Assembly (NCBI GenBank): GCA_002189035.1
Contig: CM007990.1
Location: 3,348,001-3,412,000 of the forward strand
DNA: 64,000 bases
Source: Utricularia gibba
Taxonomy: Eukaryota; Plantae; Magnoliophyta
Direction: 5' to 3'
In this document: positions 1-13,030 of the stretch, in pieces
Position numbering within the stretch: position 1 is the first letter of the stretch
Layout of the letters: every line of letters starts with the position of its first letter
Made by a program: the position numbers and the translations under genes
The notes under the pieces: generated by a model
Databases searched by the model: none
Told to the model about the DNA's origin: nothing
Seen by the model: the letters and a program-made list of their open reading frames with translations, nothing else

Positions 1-462
1 GATGTTTGGAGGTTCCAATGTCTCACCTAAATACTTGTTCAATTGCTCATGTGCTAGTATTTAAGAGAGTATGCATGGAGAAACATATTATATTGACCCT
101 ACCTTTTATTTTTGGTATGTGTATATTCGAAATTGGAAAAATAATCATTTGTCATTGAAAAGTAAGCCAGGTATAACACTTGTCAATTTTATTTAGAATG
201 GGTATGATACTAATGGACAATTTTCATTTAGGTATATCCACTTGAAGAACATTGAATTCCAACAAATCTCAGCTTTTACAAGTTGATTGAAAATTCAAAG
301 GGTAATGACTGAATGTATTTTTTAAATTATATATTTTTATAAAATATACTTTTAAGAAATTGCATATTTTTTTTATCATATTTTAATTAATATTATTTTC
401 ATATAAATTCAAAAATATAGTTTAATTAAAAAATTATATATTCTTGTAGATATGTATTTTAA

Positions 463-481
463 TATATATATATATATATAT
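463..481. repeat. (TA)n microsatellite
   Basis: Uninterrupted TA run of about 9 units seen directly. Confidence 0.9.
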
Positions 482-818
482 TTACATTTTTATGAATATA
501 ATTATTTATTTTTAATGTATAAATATTATATTTTATAATATTAAAACGTATATACCAAATGTGGGTTTATCCTTAAATCTATCTAGAAAGCCACCTAAAG
601 TGCCCAACCAAACTTGGCCTAATTTGTTATAAACGTCGATATTTGACTAATAAGTTTTTGGAGAGCTAATTTGCTAACAAACTCCTTATTTTCACCCCCA
701 TTAAGAAATAAAAAAATGTTGATGACTTCGACATCGTCCCTGTCACACGACAAGATAAAATGATTTCTTCTCCTTATTAAACAAATACTTTTTTCTTTGT
801 TGTGGCGGAACTTTTTTG

Positions 819-997
819 GACACGTGGTTTGTGTTCATGGGAACTCCCTGACCCTTCACCTCCTTCAGCTCACCTATCCTCTCCTACTCAGCACACGAAA
901 GATTCCGTCTTGCATTCCTCTTTCTTTTTCACATTTTCCCTGTTTTTTATGTGCAGAATGCATTCATTGGAGGTGGATAATCCCACCTACACGTGTC
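819..997 (+). promoter_or_regulatory. Pair of ABRE/G-box elements upstream of the clade A PP2C
   Basis: GACACGTGG (CACGTG at 821-826) and TACACGTGTC (CACGTG at 990-995, ACGTGTC at 991-997). Clade A PP2Cs are known ABA-induced ABRE targets. Function here is inferred. Confidence 0.6.
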
Positions 998-1701
998 CTT
1001 GATCTCTGCACTATGAAGCTCTTCTTTTTTCTACGGTCCAAATATCCACACGCCATTCCACCGATTCCGAGAGGCCTTTGTCTAGGCGGAGTGCTGTTCA
1101 CTTCTTTATTGGTCGGCATGCGTTGTGTTCAGGGAATATGAACTTTCCATTTTGATCGCGTTATGGGGTTCCCCTCTTTCGGGTGGTTAACTCCTCTCGC
1201 GCCCATAAAAAAGTAGATCTTGATATATACTGCAGTAGACAAGGGCGTATTGATGACGATGGATGGATGAACTGTAATTCGAGTTGGGGTTGCAAGGAAT
1301 CCATTTACCTGATGTTTTGTGCAATGGAAAGTTGTTTTCAACAGGGTTTTCTTGTGGGTGTGTTGATTTTGCCTTTTTTTATCTTTCATTTTGCCTTTTC
1401 ATTCTTCCGATAGCTTTCTTCCGTCCTTTCGTAGCTGTGAGTGAGGTATCATAAATCAGTTTTTGGCTCTAGTCAGCTAATTTTATTAGTTACTTTCTGG
1501 GAAGAGTTTTTATTCCGATTACTTACATGTATTTATGATTTCTTTCTGTAATTTCTGAAATTTCTAAGAGTCTTTTCAGCATGGAGATGTGTGTTTGCGC
1601 TTTAGTTTCAGTTTTGTGAACTTGAAGAAAGGTAACGATTGGAAGACTAGTGAAAAAAATTTGGAATCTCTCAATAATTGGAGAGCACTCGGTTTAAACT
1701 T

Positions 1702-3511
1702 ATGACTCACTCAGAGAGCTTGTTTTCCGGTCATAATCTGACGCTGGATGGAAATGAGGCTTGCCTCCAGAAGAACGCATCTGAAATTAATGATATGTTT
1801 TCCGTTCCTGCTTTGATCCTGGATAGTAGCTATAAGTGGGATAGTAGCATCAATATTTTGATAATGGAGCATGTAGAGGTTTCTCAGTCTACACTTCATA
1901 GAAGTTTGATTGTTGGTGAGGAGGGCCTATCAGGAAAAGATGATACAGTTCAACATCTTCAAGTAAGTGAAGAAGATGAAGTTCTCTCTGTTGGGGAGGA
2001 CCCCAGAATGATCTCTGCATCGGATGTAACTGTGCGTATTGATGCTTCTTTAGTGAAAAGTGTTCCAATCGCTGTTGCTATTGAGGGAATGGAGAATGTC
2101 GGAATAGTTGCAAAGGTTGTTGCTGTTGATGAAAAGTTACCTGATGATGCGGTGATGGCCGATGTGAAGCCAAATAAAGAGTGTTGTCTTGGACCTAAGA
2201 CAACAGCATCTTTGGTCTCTGTTCAACTAGCCATTCGGAAGGATCCCTTGAAAAGTGGAATTAAAAGCGTTTATGAACTTGAATGTGTTCCAATTTGGGG
2301 CTCTATTTCGATATGTGGAGGTAGAGCAGAGATGGAAGATGCTGTTACTGCAGTTCCTCATTTCATGAAAATCCCAATCCACATGTTCGTTGGTGATATT
2401 GGACTCAATGGAATCAGCGAAACATTGACTCATCTAACTTGTCACTTTTTTGGGATCTACGATGGTCATGGTGGGTCGCAGGTAGGATACTTTAACTTCT
2501 GATGTGCATGAGATACCTGCATTTTACATGCGTGTTCATTACCATATAACTGCTTGCAGCTTACAACTTAATATTCTAGGTTGCAAATTATTGTAGCAAT
2601 CGTATTCATCTGGCTCTGGAGGAAGAATTGAACAGTTTGAAACATGATTTGGTGAACTCCAGTGCGAGCGACATGAGGCAGCTTCAATGGGAGAAGGTGT
2701 TCACCCGTTGTTTTTTAAATGTTGACGATGAAGTTGTTGGAAAGTTTAATGAACCTGTGGCCCCTGAAACTGTTGGATCGACCGCTATTGTTGCAGTTGT
2801 TTCTTCTTCCCATGTAGTAGTTGGAAATTGTGGGGATTCCCGGGCTGTTCTTTATCGTGGCAGAGAGGCAGTCATGTTATCAGTCGACCACAAAGTAGGC
2901 TGGCTTCCTTCTAACCTTGAATGGTACTTAACTATCTTGGTTTGTTACATTTTTTCTTGTCTCTGTTCTGTGTCAGCCCAACAGAGAAGATGAGTTTGCC
3001 CGAATTGAGGCCTCTGGAGGGAAAGTGATACAATGGAATGGTCACCGGGTTTTCGGAGTCCTTGCAATGTCAAGATCCATTGGTATGCATGACATTGTGA
3101 CCTGAGCATAACCACGGTTGTGAAGGAGACTTTCTTGTAAATTTTGTCCCTTTTTTAGGAGACAGGTACTTGAAACCATGGATAATTGCTGAACCGGAGG
3201 TGATGTTAATCCCGAGAAGTAGAGAAGACGAATGCCTTGTTCTGGCGAGTGACGGGCTGTGGGACGTAATGAGTAATGAGGAAGTATGTGAAGTTGCCAG
3301 GAGACGCATCCTGCTGTGGCATCGGAAAAACGGCTGTTCGACTGCTGACAAGGGCCGCGGTGTCGATCCTGCCGCACAGGAAGCAGCAGAGTATCTGTGC
3401 AACCTTGCACGTCATAGAGGGAGCCAAGACAATATTTCAATTATTGTCGTCGACCTCAAGCCTCACCGGAAGCTCAAAACTCAAAGAGACCACCGAGTCT
3501 GTTCATCATGA
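1702..3511 (+). CDS. HAB1-like: Clade A protein phosphatase 2C (HAB1/ABI1/ABI2-type ABA co-receptor), about 517 aa
   Basis: Exons 1702-2481, 2580-2894, 2977-3082, 3159-3511, all GT-AG and in frame. Motifs present: [36 protein letters not shown] (PYL-lock Trp), [20 protein letters not shown]. First in-frame ATG is 1702; an in-frame TAA lies at 1675-1677. Confidence 0.95.
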
Positions 3512-4011
3512 CAGCAACAGCCTGTGTCCTGTATCAAATGAATCTCTGTTGATGTTTGTGTCTTTGCACCTGTGCTGCTAGTTCCCACTGACAGGTCCGT
3601 TTTTTTTCTCCTGGGCTTGTTGTTCAAGACTACAAAGTCGGTTTGTACTAGATAAGGTCTAAGGAAAACAAAAACAGAGCAGTTTGGTTTTTCGTCCCTG
3701 TTTGTTGATAGCTTCCTTCCCAAAGGACCCAAGATGGCTTATTTTCCTGTCATTTGAAAATTTTGATGTTTCTCGCACGTTACATGATCAGCGGATCCTT
3801 GCATTGGTGAGGAATAAGCATTTCTCAAGTGTATGTTGGGCATCTTCAAAACATGAAAATCATGCTGACTAGCTAGCTACATGGTCCTTGAACGAAGGGA
3901 AAACTAGGAACAATAACAAAATGATTGGAGGGAAATACGATAAACAAGCATTACCGATGATAATGACATCCTGCAACTGGTTGGAAGAAGATGCAAATGC
4001 ACTCATATGAC

Positions 4012-5505
4012 TCACGGCCTGGGTCGCTTGTTGGTGCAGGATGGGCACTTGTATTGCTTGATATGCTCAGCTCTAGCAGGGGTTATCTTCACACACTTTC
4101 CATGGAACCAATTCTCGCATATGTCGCAGCATATCCAGAACTCATCCATTCCATTGTTATCTCCACAGGCACCGCACACTGCTTCTCCATGCTCCTCTTC
4201 GTCCTCCTCTTCATCAGATTGTCTCTTTGAAGGTTTACCCTGGTAATCAGATCATGTCAACAAAAAAGTTCTGGACGTAGAAAAGCTGCTTGGAACTGAT
4301 GGTACATACAGATTTGGAGTTGGACTGTGACTTGTTGCTACTATGATTATGAACTGAGACTGAAGACTTCTCCTTGTTCTGTTTTTTAGCAGCACCCGTA
4401 ACTACTTCAAAGATGGTGGGTAGCTCATTTATCATGTTGAAAAGACGTTTCCTGCATAGAGAGACTGGGCATTACAAGCACAGCTTTGCGACTACCCGAT
4501 AAATGCATCACCATTTGAGACATAAACAAGAGTGTAGCGAAAACAAACAAACAAACAAATAAAAAAAAAAAAAACTTGTGAGTCGGAATCACTTGACCGA
4601 ATGACAGAACAGCATCGAGACCACTACCTGTCAGATTTCTGAAACCCAAACCTAGCACCAAAATAAAAGGCTACAGCCACCAGCCATGCATCACTGTGGA
4701 CGGCAACTAGAGAGAGCCAATCCTTCTCCTGCATTCCATCCCTCGCAAAGTTTATGCCCAGAGCTGGCTCGGGGAGCTCGGGCGGTACTTCTTCTGCAGG
4801 CAAATTTACCTCCCACTGCTCACTTGGAAAACCATACAAGCACAAATTCTCCTTCTCTGTAGGCCACAAGTAAATACTTAACAAGAAAAACCTTCGGAAG
4901 GTCAAGAACAACCACGAAATATGATGCTCCGAGTGCTAGCATTCTTAATAGTTAGACATGAAAAATATTATTGTTACGCCAGCACGCATTCAACCATTAT
5001 CCAACACACAAGTTAGTGAGAGCTACCGATAGAGAGAATTATGACGTCATTAATCCCGTATACGACAATGCTATACAACATATGAACACAAAGCACAACA
5101 AGGGTTACGTCAACTATAAAACCCATGGAGCCTCAAAAGTTGTTACCGAATCTGGTTAAACAAATGGTTGTAAATTTAGTAGCTAGTCACAAAGCTACTG
5201 GTTCGATTTGGAACCAACTGAATCGCCGAGCGGCAGGGGTATGACACTTTTCAAGCTTAATTAAACCCAATTAAGTAATTTCTTAAACTGGAGAAAAGTA
5301 ATCACCTGGATCACACTGCTGGAAGAAATCTTCGGCATCTGAAAAGGGAAGCCCTCATAATCATAATAATCAGTCCGCAGGAAGCATACATCAGACGAAA
5401 AAGACAATAAGAACCTGTAGTAAGGGCCTTGATAAGGCCAGCTCTTCTACCCTTGAAATCCTTGAAGACTTCCTCAACAGATCGGGGATTGTAACCGGCC
5501 TCCAT
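4012..5505 (-). CDS. AL3/AL5-like: ALFIN-LIKE PHD-finger protein (Alfin/DUF3594 domain plus C4HC3 PHD), 240 aa
   Basis: Exons 5505-5415, 5338-5306, 4856-4628, 4451-4310, 4239-4012 with consistent phases. Motifs: [46 protein letters not shown], acidic linker, [41 protein letters not shown]. Confidence 0.96.
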
Positions 5506-6586
5506 AGTTTATCGTGTGTGGGTGTGTGTGTTTCCTCTAGTTGGGAAGCTCGAGAGTGAGAGTAACAGAATGGAGGTAAGAGCGAAGCGAGGGAGAGAGA
5601 CGGAGGCGGATTTGAAATATTGTATCGAAGAGAGAGAGAGAAGGCATGGCATGGAGTTGAGGGAGGGGATTGGATTGCTGCTGTGTCCGACAAGACAACC
5701 TAACCTAACCTATTTTTTATGCCCAATTGTTTTTTTTTTTTTTTCATATTTACAGAAACTTATTGTTTGGCAAAATACATGATATTGGATTTTAAGGTGC
5801 AATGTTATGAGTTGGTTGGATTCAGGGATGATACAACTTGGAGTTACATTTCAACCCATTAATGAACTAATTGTATTTGAATTAGTGGGATGGATAGATG
5901 AATCCAGTCCAGATGGGTTGAGTGAGGAACTTGATGCATGGACGGACCCGACCCAAACTTAGCCTCGGCGGATCATATTTTCAAAACCCGACTCACTGGA
6001 GGTTGGTTGCCTTGCTCCAAATAAAAAAGAACCAAAATATAAATAGTTCAAATTGTTTATATCATTAATTTCTAACTTGACGCATACTTATTTACAGAAT
6101 ACAAGCAAACCCTTCGGTTATTTTTTGGCGCATTCAAAGAAGAGTTCAAGTTGTTAACTTAAGACCACAGGAATCCGCATTGCACTACATGAAACCAGTT
6201 TCACGTATTGCATATCGGCGAAAGCCACTCCGATCGTTTACAGAATACCATGGACTCAAAATGAATCAAGTGCTTTCTGGGGGGATCGACCGACACTCGA
6301 AATTACTTACACAGCCTAAAACAACACCTTCAGGTAAACTTCGAGTAGGGCCTCACTCCCCAGTGCCAACCGAAGAACACAATAAAACAGAAGAGGGTGG
6401 TGGTTAAAGGAATACATGGTAGAAGCAACAATAACATACAGCAACCATGTTAGCAGGTTTATAAACCCCAATCGCATAGGGCAACATATATTTCAACCAA
6501 CACCGCCATAGTGCCTAATGTGCGCGGGGGGCAAGATCTTGTCCTAGGATTCAGAAAACACTACTCTAGAAACATGAAAATGGGAT

Positions 6587-9500
6587 TCACCAGTTTGGGT
6601 TAGAATGCCCTGCCCTTGATGGTGGCATTTCCTGTACCAAGAACAAACGAAACAAAATGAACGACAGAGTAGCAAGTACTAATTTTACACAGGCGATAAG
6701 ATTTACCGTGGGATATGTGGGCATGTAAAAGACAGCTCGTTGTTGCCCAACCATCATTTGATGTCCAAGCTGCTTTTCAAACATGTATCAAAATTCTGAA
6801 GACCAGTGAATTTGGAGAATCGAAGGATGAAAAATATGGCAAACCTGGGGTCCATAATATGGCTGCGGAAGTGTTCCAGACTGAGAATTAAATATTACTG
6901 GCTGCTGGATGGCATACGATGGTCCCATCTGAAAATGCACAAACACAAGAGAAATTAAAGCCACCACACCACCGTAAATCTGGCATTTAAATTGTTACGG
7001 AATGTTATGGCCTACTCTTAAGTGTCAAAGCAAAACAGCGTAGCCATCATTCGTGAGAATTTGCAATAATTTACTCATATTTCTTTTCCACCTTAATTTT
7101 GATACAGGGATAGCTTCTGGATTCATCAACACTCATAACATTATTTGAAAATACATATCAAGAACAATCATCACATTTCTGGGCACAAGCTACCAGCTGA
7201 AGCTATCCCTGTAGAGTGTGGAAGGAAGAATTAAATAAAACAGAAATGGTTCTTATTACTCACTCCAATACCAACCGGCATCCCATGAATCTGTGCATTG
7301 GCAGGCACATTAGGTGAATAGTAGAATGGGCTATCAGCAATAGGTGAAGAAGGCCTCAACGGTGCACGAGATGGGATGAAACTCTTGGCATTTGGATTCA
7401 ATTTGAATTCCTATCAGTAAAGTCACACAAATTGAAATCTTAGTGCAAGCCCACACCAAATAAATCATTAAAAATAAGCTTTTATGATGTGAAAAAATCA
7501 CTACTAGAAGTTTTTATATTTTGGTACTTTACCTTAGCATGTGGATTCAAGGCAGACTTCTCAGAAGATAGTGAACTGACGGATGAACTAGTTGACAGCC
7601 CTTGTGCAGTAGCAGAAGTGGACACAGCTCCTGCATAATCTGATGTAGATGACGCAGAACTACTAGGACGAGCAAGTGGGCTTGCAGTCCCTTGTGCTTT
7701 CGGGCGTGCTAGGCTCCCCAACAGCTCAGTACAAGAACTCCCCTTTCCCTGACCTATGGATGACGTATTTGATGGATCAAACTCTGTAATAACCATAAAA
7801 TAAAGAACTTGTAAATGCTTCTACATTTTTTCTCAGGTAATCAAACTTCAATCAATCTGGAAACCACCTAATTATCTGAAACAAAGGAAGTTATTTACTA
7901 GTAACCATCATAGTAAAGAAAATGATTTCAAAAAGAAGTGAATGAATCCAGAAAGTGCTAATTCTTATAGTATATGAAAAGATTTAGCTTAGTCCTTATT
8001 CACATTAAAAAATGATGATCTGCTTCAATCATAAAATTAGCTTCAGCTATATCATGATAAAAAGATTCACAAATAAACGGTGAATATTCCTATATTTTGC
8101 AGAAACAAATCAGACAATAAGAGTAAAATGCCAGATTTTGGGGAGGGATCTATTAAATCGAAACTTTGTGTTGGCTAGTACTACAATCAGAAAAAAATAT
8201 TTCTACCTAAATGAAATTGTTGATGTAAAAAAAAACCTGCTTTGGGTACAAATGTCATGTTAGACTAATTAACGTGATAAACTCACCATCAGCTTTTGAT
8301 ACAAGAGCAGGATCATCTGCCTGCATAGGAAAAAGAATACGTGCAATAATTAGTGTTCCATGCAGCTTTTGAGAAGTAAATGAGCACTAACCAAATGCTT
8401 TTGTTTATCATCCTTGATGGAAATACTATTTGGACGCTCGATAACTTGATTGAGATGACCCCTGCATGAGATTACTACAGCTTAGAGAAGCTTTATTAGT
8501 GAAAATTGAGATAAGAAAACAAAGAAAAATCCCCAGGGAAAAACAGGAACAATGTCTCGCAATCACTCCCTGCCATTAACTATTTAAACTGCAAATGTCT
8601 AACTATATCATAAGATACATAAAAAGAATTTGACTATGAGAACCTTGTGTAATCGCTGCAGGAATGTTTAGGGGGCTGTTCAGATAGTATTTGTTGATTG
8701 CTACTATCAGAACCCAAATGACATACTTTATCATCAAGCTCATCATGGGAGGAAACAAGCTCACCCTACAGATAGATAAAATAGAAATACCCAAGACAAT
8801 CTGAGGATGTTGTAAGAAATACAAAAAGTAATAGACAGCATGGAAGTAACACTGCATCCCTACTTTAAAAACATGGTAAAGACCCAACAATTTACATTTA
8901 GCAGAATTTATTCAAGAAATTAGTACCAGTAATGATAATCTGGAAGGAGTCTGTGCCTTCTGAATATTCTGGGACATATTACAATCTACAAGGTGTTCAT
9001 CATTGACAGAGTCATGGTGAGCTTCGACATGAGTGCTGAATGTTTCATCATTTTTTGTATCAAAAGTTATATCCTCAATTTCATCACATCCACTGTCGTC
9101 AGGTCTCCTGTAAACTGATGAATACAGTGTTTCTTCGTCAATATCAAGACTGCCATTGATTTTCAATCCTCTCTCCTGTTGATAAATATTATTGAGATTT
9201 GCAAAGGCCTACTTTGAAAAAGTTGGGGGCGGGGCAAAGAAATAAAGAAAGCAGATTTAATATTTCTAACCTCTGCTAAATGAAGGTCGTATGTATCCTC
9301 ACACTCGATCTCTCTAGCCAGCTGCTCGGCCACCCTTTCCAATTCCAACATTTGAGGGCCTTTGTCAAGCTTTGTTGTGTAAAGTTCCTCATCAAAGGTG
9401 CTTTTTACTCCAAACAAAGTTTTATTGGCTTCAAACTGATCCCAACCTCTGTACAGGATATTCAGGGATCAATCAGTCAACCGTGTCTAATGTAAAAGCT

Positions 9501-10596
9501 AAGAAAACAGGCTGATTGAGAAGAGTGGAGTTTGAAATTTATCAGACGGCAGTTCAAATTCTTTAATTCATAAAAGATCAAAAAAGAAAGCAGATTATGT
9601 CATTATTCAAGCAGAAGGAGAATCAAAAACCAAACTATCACAGTAATATACTGACCTATTCCATGAACAGTCGAAAGTGTTATCCAGTTCAGGAAGGAGA
9701 GGATCATTTTCATCAGGAACCCAAGGCTCCAGCTCTCTTCCCATTTCAATATTGCGTGTGCGTGATATGTAAGAATCTGTCATAAGCTCTGGCTGCTTTT
9801 CGTGGAGAAGCTCACTCATTGGGCCCTCCCAGGAAAGAGATACCCCCTACAACATGCATTTGGAAAAAAAATTTAGTCCACTGGATGAAAACAGAATGAA
9901 AAGTTAACCGACTCAGAAACAAAAATTACATAAAAAATGAAGCAGAAAGTACATCCACCAGAATTTTCTACATGAAATAAAAAATGAAGAGAGAAAGCAA
10001 ACAGAAATCAAATGGACTTTAAAAAACCTTTGAAACTACTTGCACAAGATCTTCAGAAGGTACAATAAAAGTTTTTGCCAGAGGTTTTCTAGCAAAATCC
10101 ACACTATTTTTCTGCACAAGGGAGGCGTCTTTGACTTGACGAGCCATTTTCAGTACAATTCCTGCAAAGAAAAGCAGAAATCTTGGCAATTGATCACATT
10201 GTGCACCAAAACAGGAATACTAATATCAGTAAACTAGTAGTAAACCACATCTAACTACCATAGTCCTCGGTATGAATTGCATGGAATATTCCCGCATATA
10301 CAGATCCATCTAGCAGCTGGACCTCAACTTGCTGTCCAATGAGGTGTGCAGTGATATATGCCAGCCGATCATGTGAAGGTGATTCAAGAAAACCACCTTG
10401 ACCTAGAATGTTTCAAGATTAGGTCTACGGAAACACATGAGATAGGCATCAGGTGCTAAAACTTACCATAGCCAACTCTTCCAGAATTTATTTTTGGAGA
10501 CTGGAACTTGTTTTCCGACCTATTTGATGCCTCTCTTTCAGTTTTACGATGGGTGTATCCATTTGAAGCAGACATGAGCTGCACAAACTGTTGCAT
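6587..10596 (-). CDS. CID3/CID4-like: Ataxin-2-like poly(A)-binding-protein-interacting protein (LSm + LsmAD + tandem PAM2), about 613 aa
   Basis: 14 exons: 10596-10467, 10402-10259, 10161-10028, 9846-9656, 9448-9271, 9175-8927, 8765-8644, 8461-8392, 8320-8287, 7783-7533, 7410-7264, 6928-6845, 6769-6707, 6631-6587. All GT-AG, phases consistent. Motifs: DRLAYITAHLIGQQVEV (LSm), WDQFEANKTLFGVKSTFDEELYTTKL (LsmAD), SALNPHAKEFKLNPNAKSF (PAM2). A probable 5' UTR exon lies near 11.3-11.55 kb. Confidence 0.93.
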
Positions 10597-12214
10597 ATTC
10601 ACCTCTTGAAATGGCAGGGTACCTCTAGATGCTGACAATGGTGGCAGCAGATGATCTGAAAAGGCAATAATATATAATAATATCAATTCCTTGATCAATA
10701 TGACAATTAAAATCACAATGAATGATCACTGGCAGATGCTTTTTAAACAATTCTTTGAGTTGATCCGGTGTGAGTAATCCCCTTTTCCTAAACAGTTGTA
10801 CCTCACAAATCTCTTGATATCCTCGACATGTAAAAAAAAACTTAAAACCTATGAAGATTTTTAGGCAACAAACAAATCTGGAAACATCTCAGAAAGGTTC
10901 AATGCGATTTTTAGGCATACCTAATGCCCCTTGATGAGCTGATCAAGAATTCTTCAGTTGAAGCACCCATTTTTTCAAAATAAAATTATCCTAGAATCAC
11001 CCCTACCCAAGATTTTACGAAATCAAAATCAAAATCATCAATAGATATAGCAGTGCATCCAAAACAATTAGGCAGGAAATTCTTAATTGAACAGAAAAAG
11101 ACAGCAGAAAATCCCATACGAAACGAACGATATCCACCATCTTCAACCCCTTCAAAGACGTAGGCAATCTACAGGGTAGGCACCCATCGTAGGAAGAAGT
11201 AACTTCAATATATCATATGCTAAACCACGGAAAATGAAAATTAATTTGGGGGTACCGTCTTAGCTTCCACAACCCCCAAGCGAAAAGGAAGCTAGGGAAC
11301 CAGTAGCTTTAACAGAGAACCAAATTGAAAACCTAGAATCGCGCGGAGAATAAAGGAAAGCACTCACGGGGGAAGACTCCGATGGGTAAGGAGAAAGCGA
11401 CCACCGTTGGATCAGAGAAAACACCAACACTGTGACCCTGTCTACGCCGTTTCTTGGGGGTTTGCCACCGGTGCGACGACCCGAATCTGCCGAGTCACGC
11501 GCAAAGAGGAAAACTCTCAAAAAACCAACGGCGATCGGTTCCAACATATATACGCATTAAAATTTCGGGCTAAGAAATTCAAATAAATCAGGATTTCCAT
11601 GGCATTATGATTTAAAAATCGACAAAAAAGTTTGTATCCAGTAGATTTGTAAGTCTGAATTTTGATAGTATCCAAAATACAAAATTTGATAAGAGGTTAA
11701 ATAAATTACGTGTGATTTAAAAGAATAAATACAGAGAACTATACTAAATCTATGATGTACGAATGCATATTCATAAATTCGGAAATATAAGGATATAAAT
11801 ATTAAAATTCACAAAATGTACATGTATTAATATTTTAAATAAAATTTATTTATTAAAAATAAATACATTTTAAAAAACTTAAATGATATAATAGTAAAAA
11901 ATTTAATTAATAGAAAATTTTTAAATTTAATGATTAATAATAAAATAATAAATCAACATATAACTATTTAAATATCACATACATCAATATTTAAAAAATA
12001 AATATAACATCATAAATATCAAAATCAATATTAAGGAATAACATAACCTCAATTTCAAAATTGATCAATAATAAATTAGTATGTTTGATATATCTTTATA
12101 TATAGAATCAATATTTCATAATTTGAATAATATATAGTATGAATAATAATTTGATTTACAAAGTATACATACTATAAATGATAATTTCGATTACAACATT
12201 GATAAAAGAAATAG

Positions 12215-13030
12215 AAATGAGGAAAACATCTTTGGTGTTTGGTGTTTGGATTTTATGGAGTGTTTTACTTCTTATGACAATACCTAAATTCTTGTGGTGG
12301 TAGTTTATGTCTAAAAATGATTAGAAGCTATTGTTGTTCTAACACCAGATAGAAAAACTATAATTAAGTTTTTCAAACGGATTATTTTGCCTAGGTTTAA
12401 TGACCCAAGGTATGTCACAAGTAATGGAGGAAAACAATTTGTTGAGAGAGAGTTCTAGAAGCTCTTGCGCAAACATGCAGTAAGACATAGGGCATCAACT
12501 CGCTATTATCCGCAAACCGGCAATCAAGTAAAGGTAAACTAATAGGGAATGAAAGAGGATTTTGGAGTGTACAGTAGCCAAAACCCACAAGGATTGGACA
12601 AAAAAATTAATTAATGATTTACAAGCTTATCACATAGAATATAAGACTTCCATCGAAACAACCGCTTATCACTTGGTTTATGGAAAAGCTTGTCATTTAC
12701 CAATAGAATTGGAACACAAGTGGGTGATTAAAGAATTAAATTTGAATGCCAAAACAGTTGGAGAACAAAGAATCTTATAGTTATAAGAAACAAATGAAAG
12801 TTTGGTACGACAATCACTTGCACAAGAAGGACCTAGCAGAAGGTGATCTAGTTTTATTATTTAACTCTCATCTTCATGTATTTTTAGAAAAACTCAAGTC
12901 CAGATAGCATGGATCATATATTATCAAGAAAATATACTCCAATGGAGTAGTGATCATCATCCACCCAGATTATGGAGAATATATAGTAAATATTCAACAT
13001 TTGAAACGATTCCATGAAGGGGTGAAATCT
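12215..13030 (+). pseudogene. Ty3/gypsy (Athila-type) integrase remnant
   Basis: Translates with stops to IFGVWCLDFM..ILVVVVYV.K.LEAI..SNGGKQF..YYPQT and TAYHLVYGKACHLPIELEHK..GEQRIL..KLKS, matching Athila integrase core and C-terminal motifs. Confidence 0.85.

Noticed and set aside
797-1413. ORF-track entries upstream of PP2C as independent protein genes
   Set aside because: Non-ATG starts or low-complexity promoter/UTR sequence. Only the ATG-initiated parts are kept, as uORF candidates.
3494-3511. C-terminal prenylation (CaaX) motif on the PP2C tail RVCSS
   Set aside because: The Cys is third from the end; CaaX requires fourth.
5790-6020. Possible hAT-type MITE between AL and CID
   Set aside because: GGGTTG/ACCCGACCC motifs are present but no matching TIRs or TSD were found.
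11260-11547. 95-aa minus-strand ORF as a coding exon of CID
   Set aside because: No CID similarity; position and composition fit a 5' UTR exon upstream of the MQQ start.
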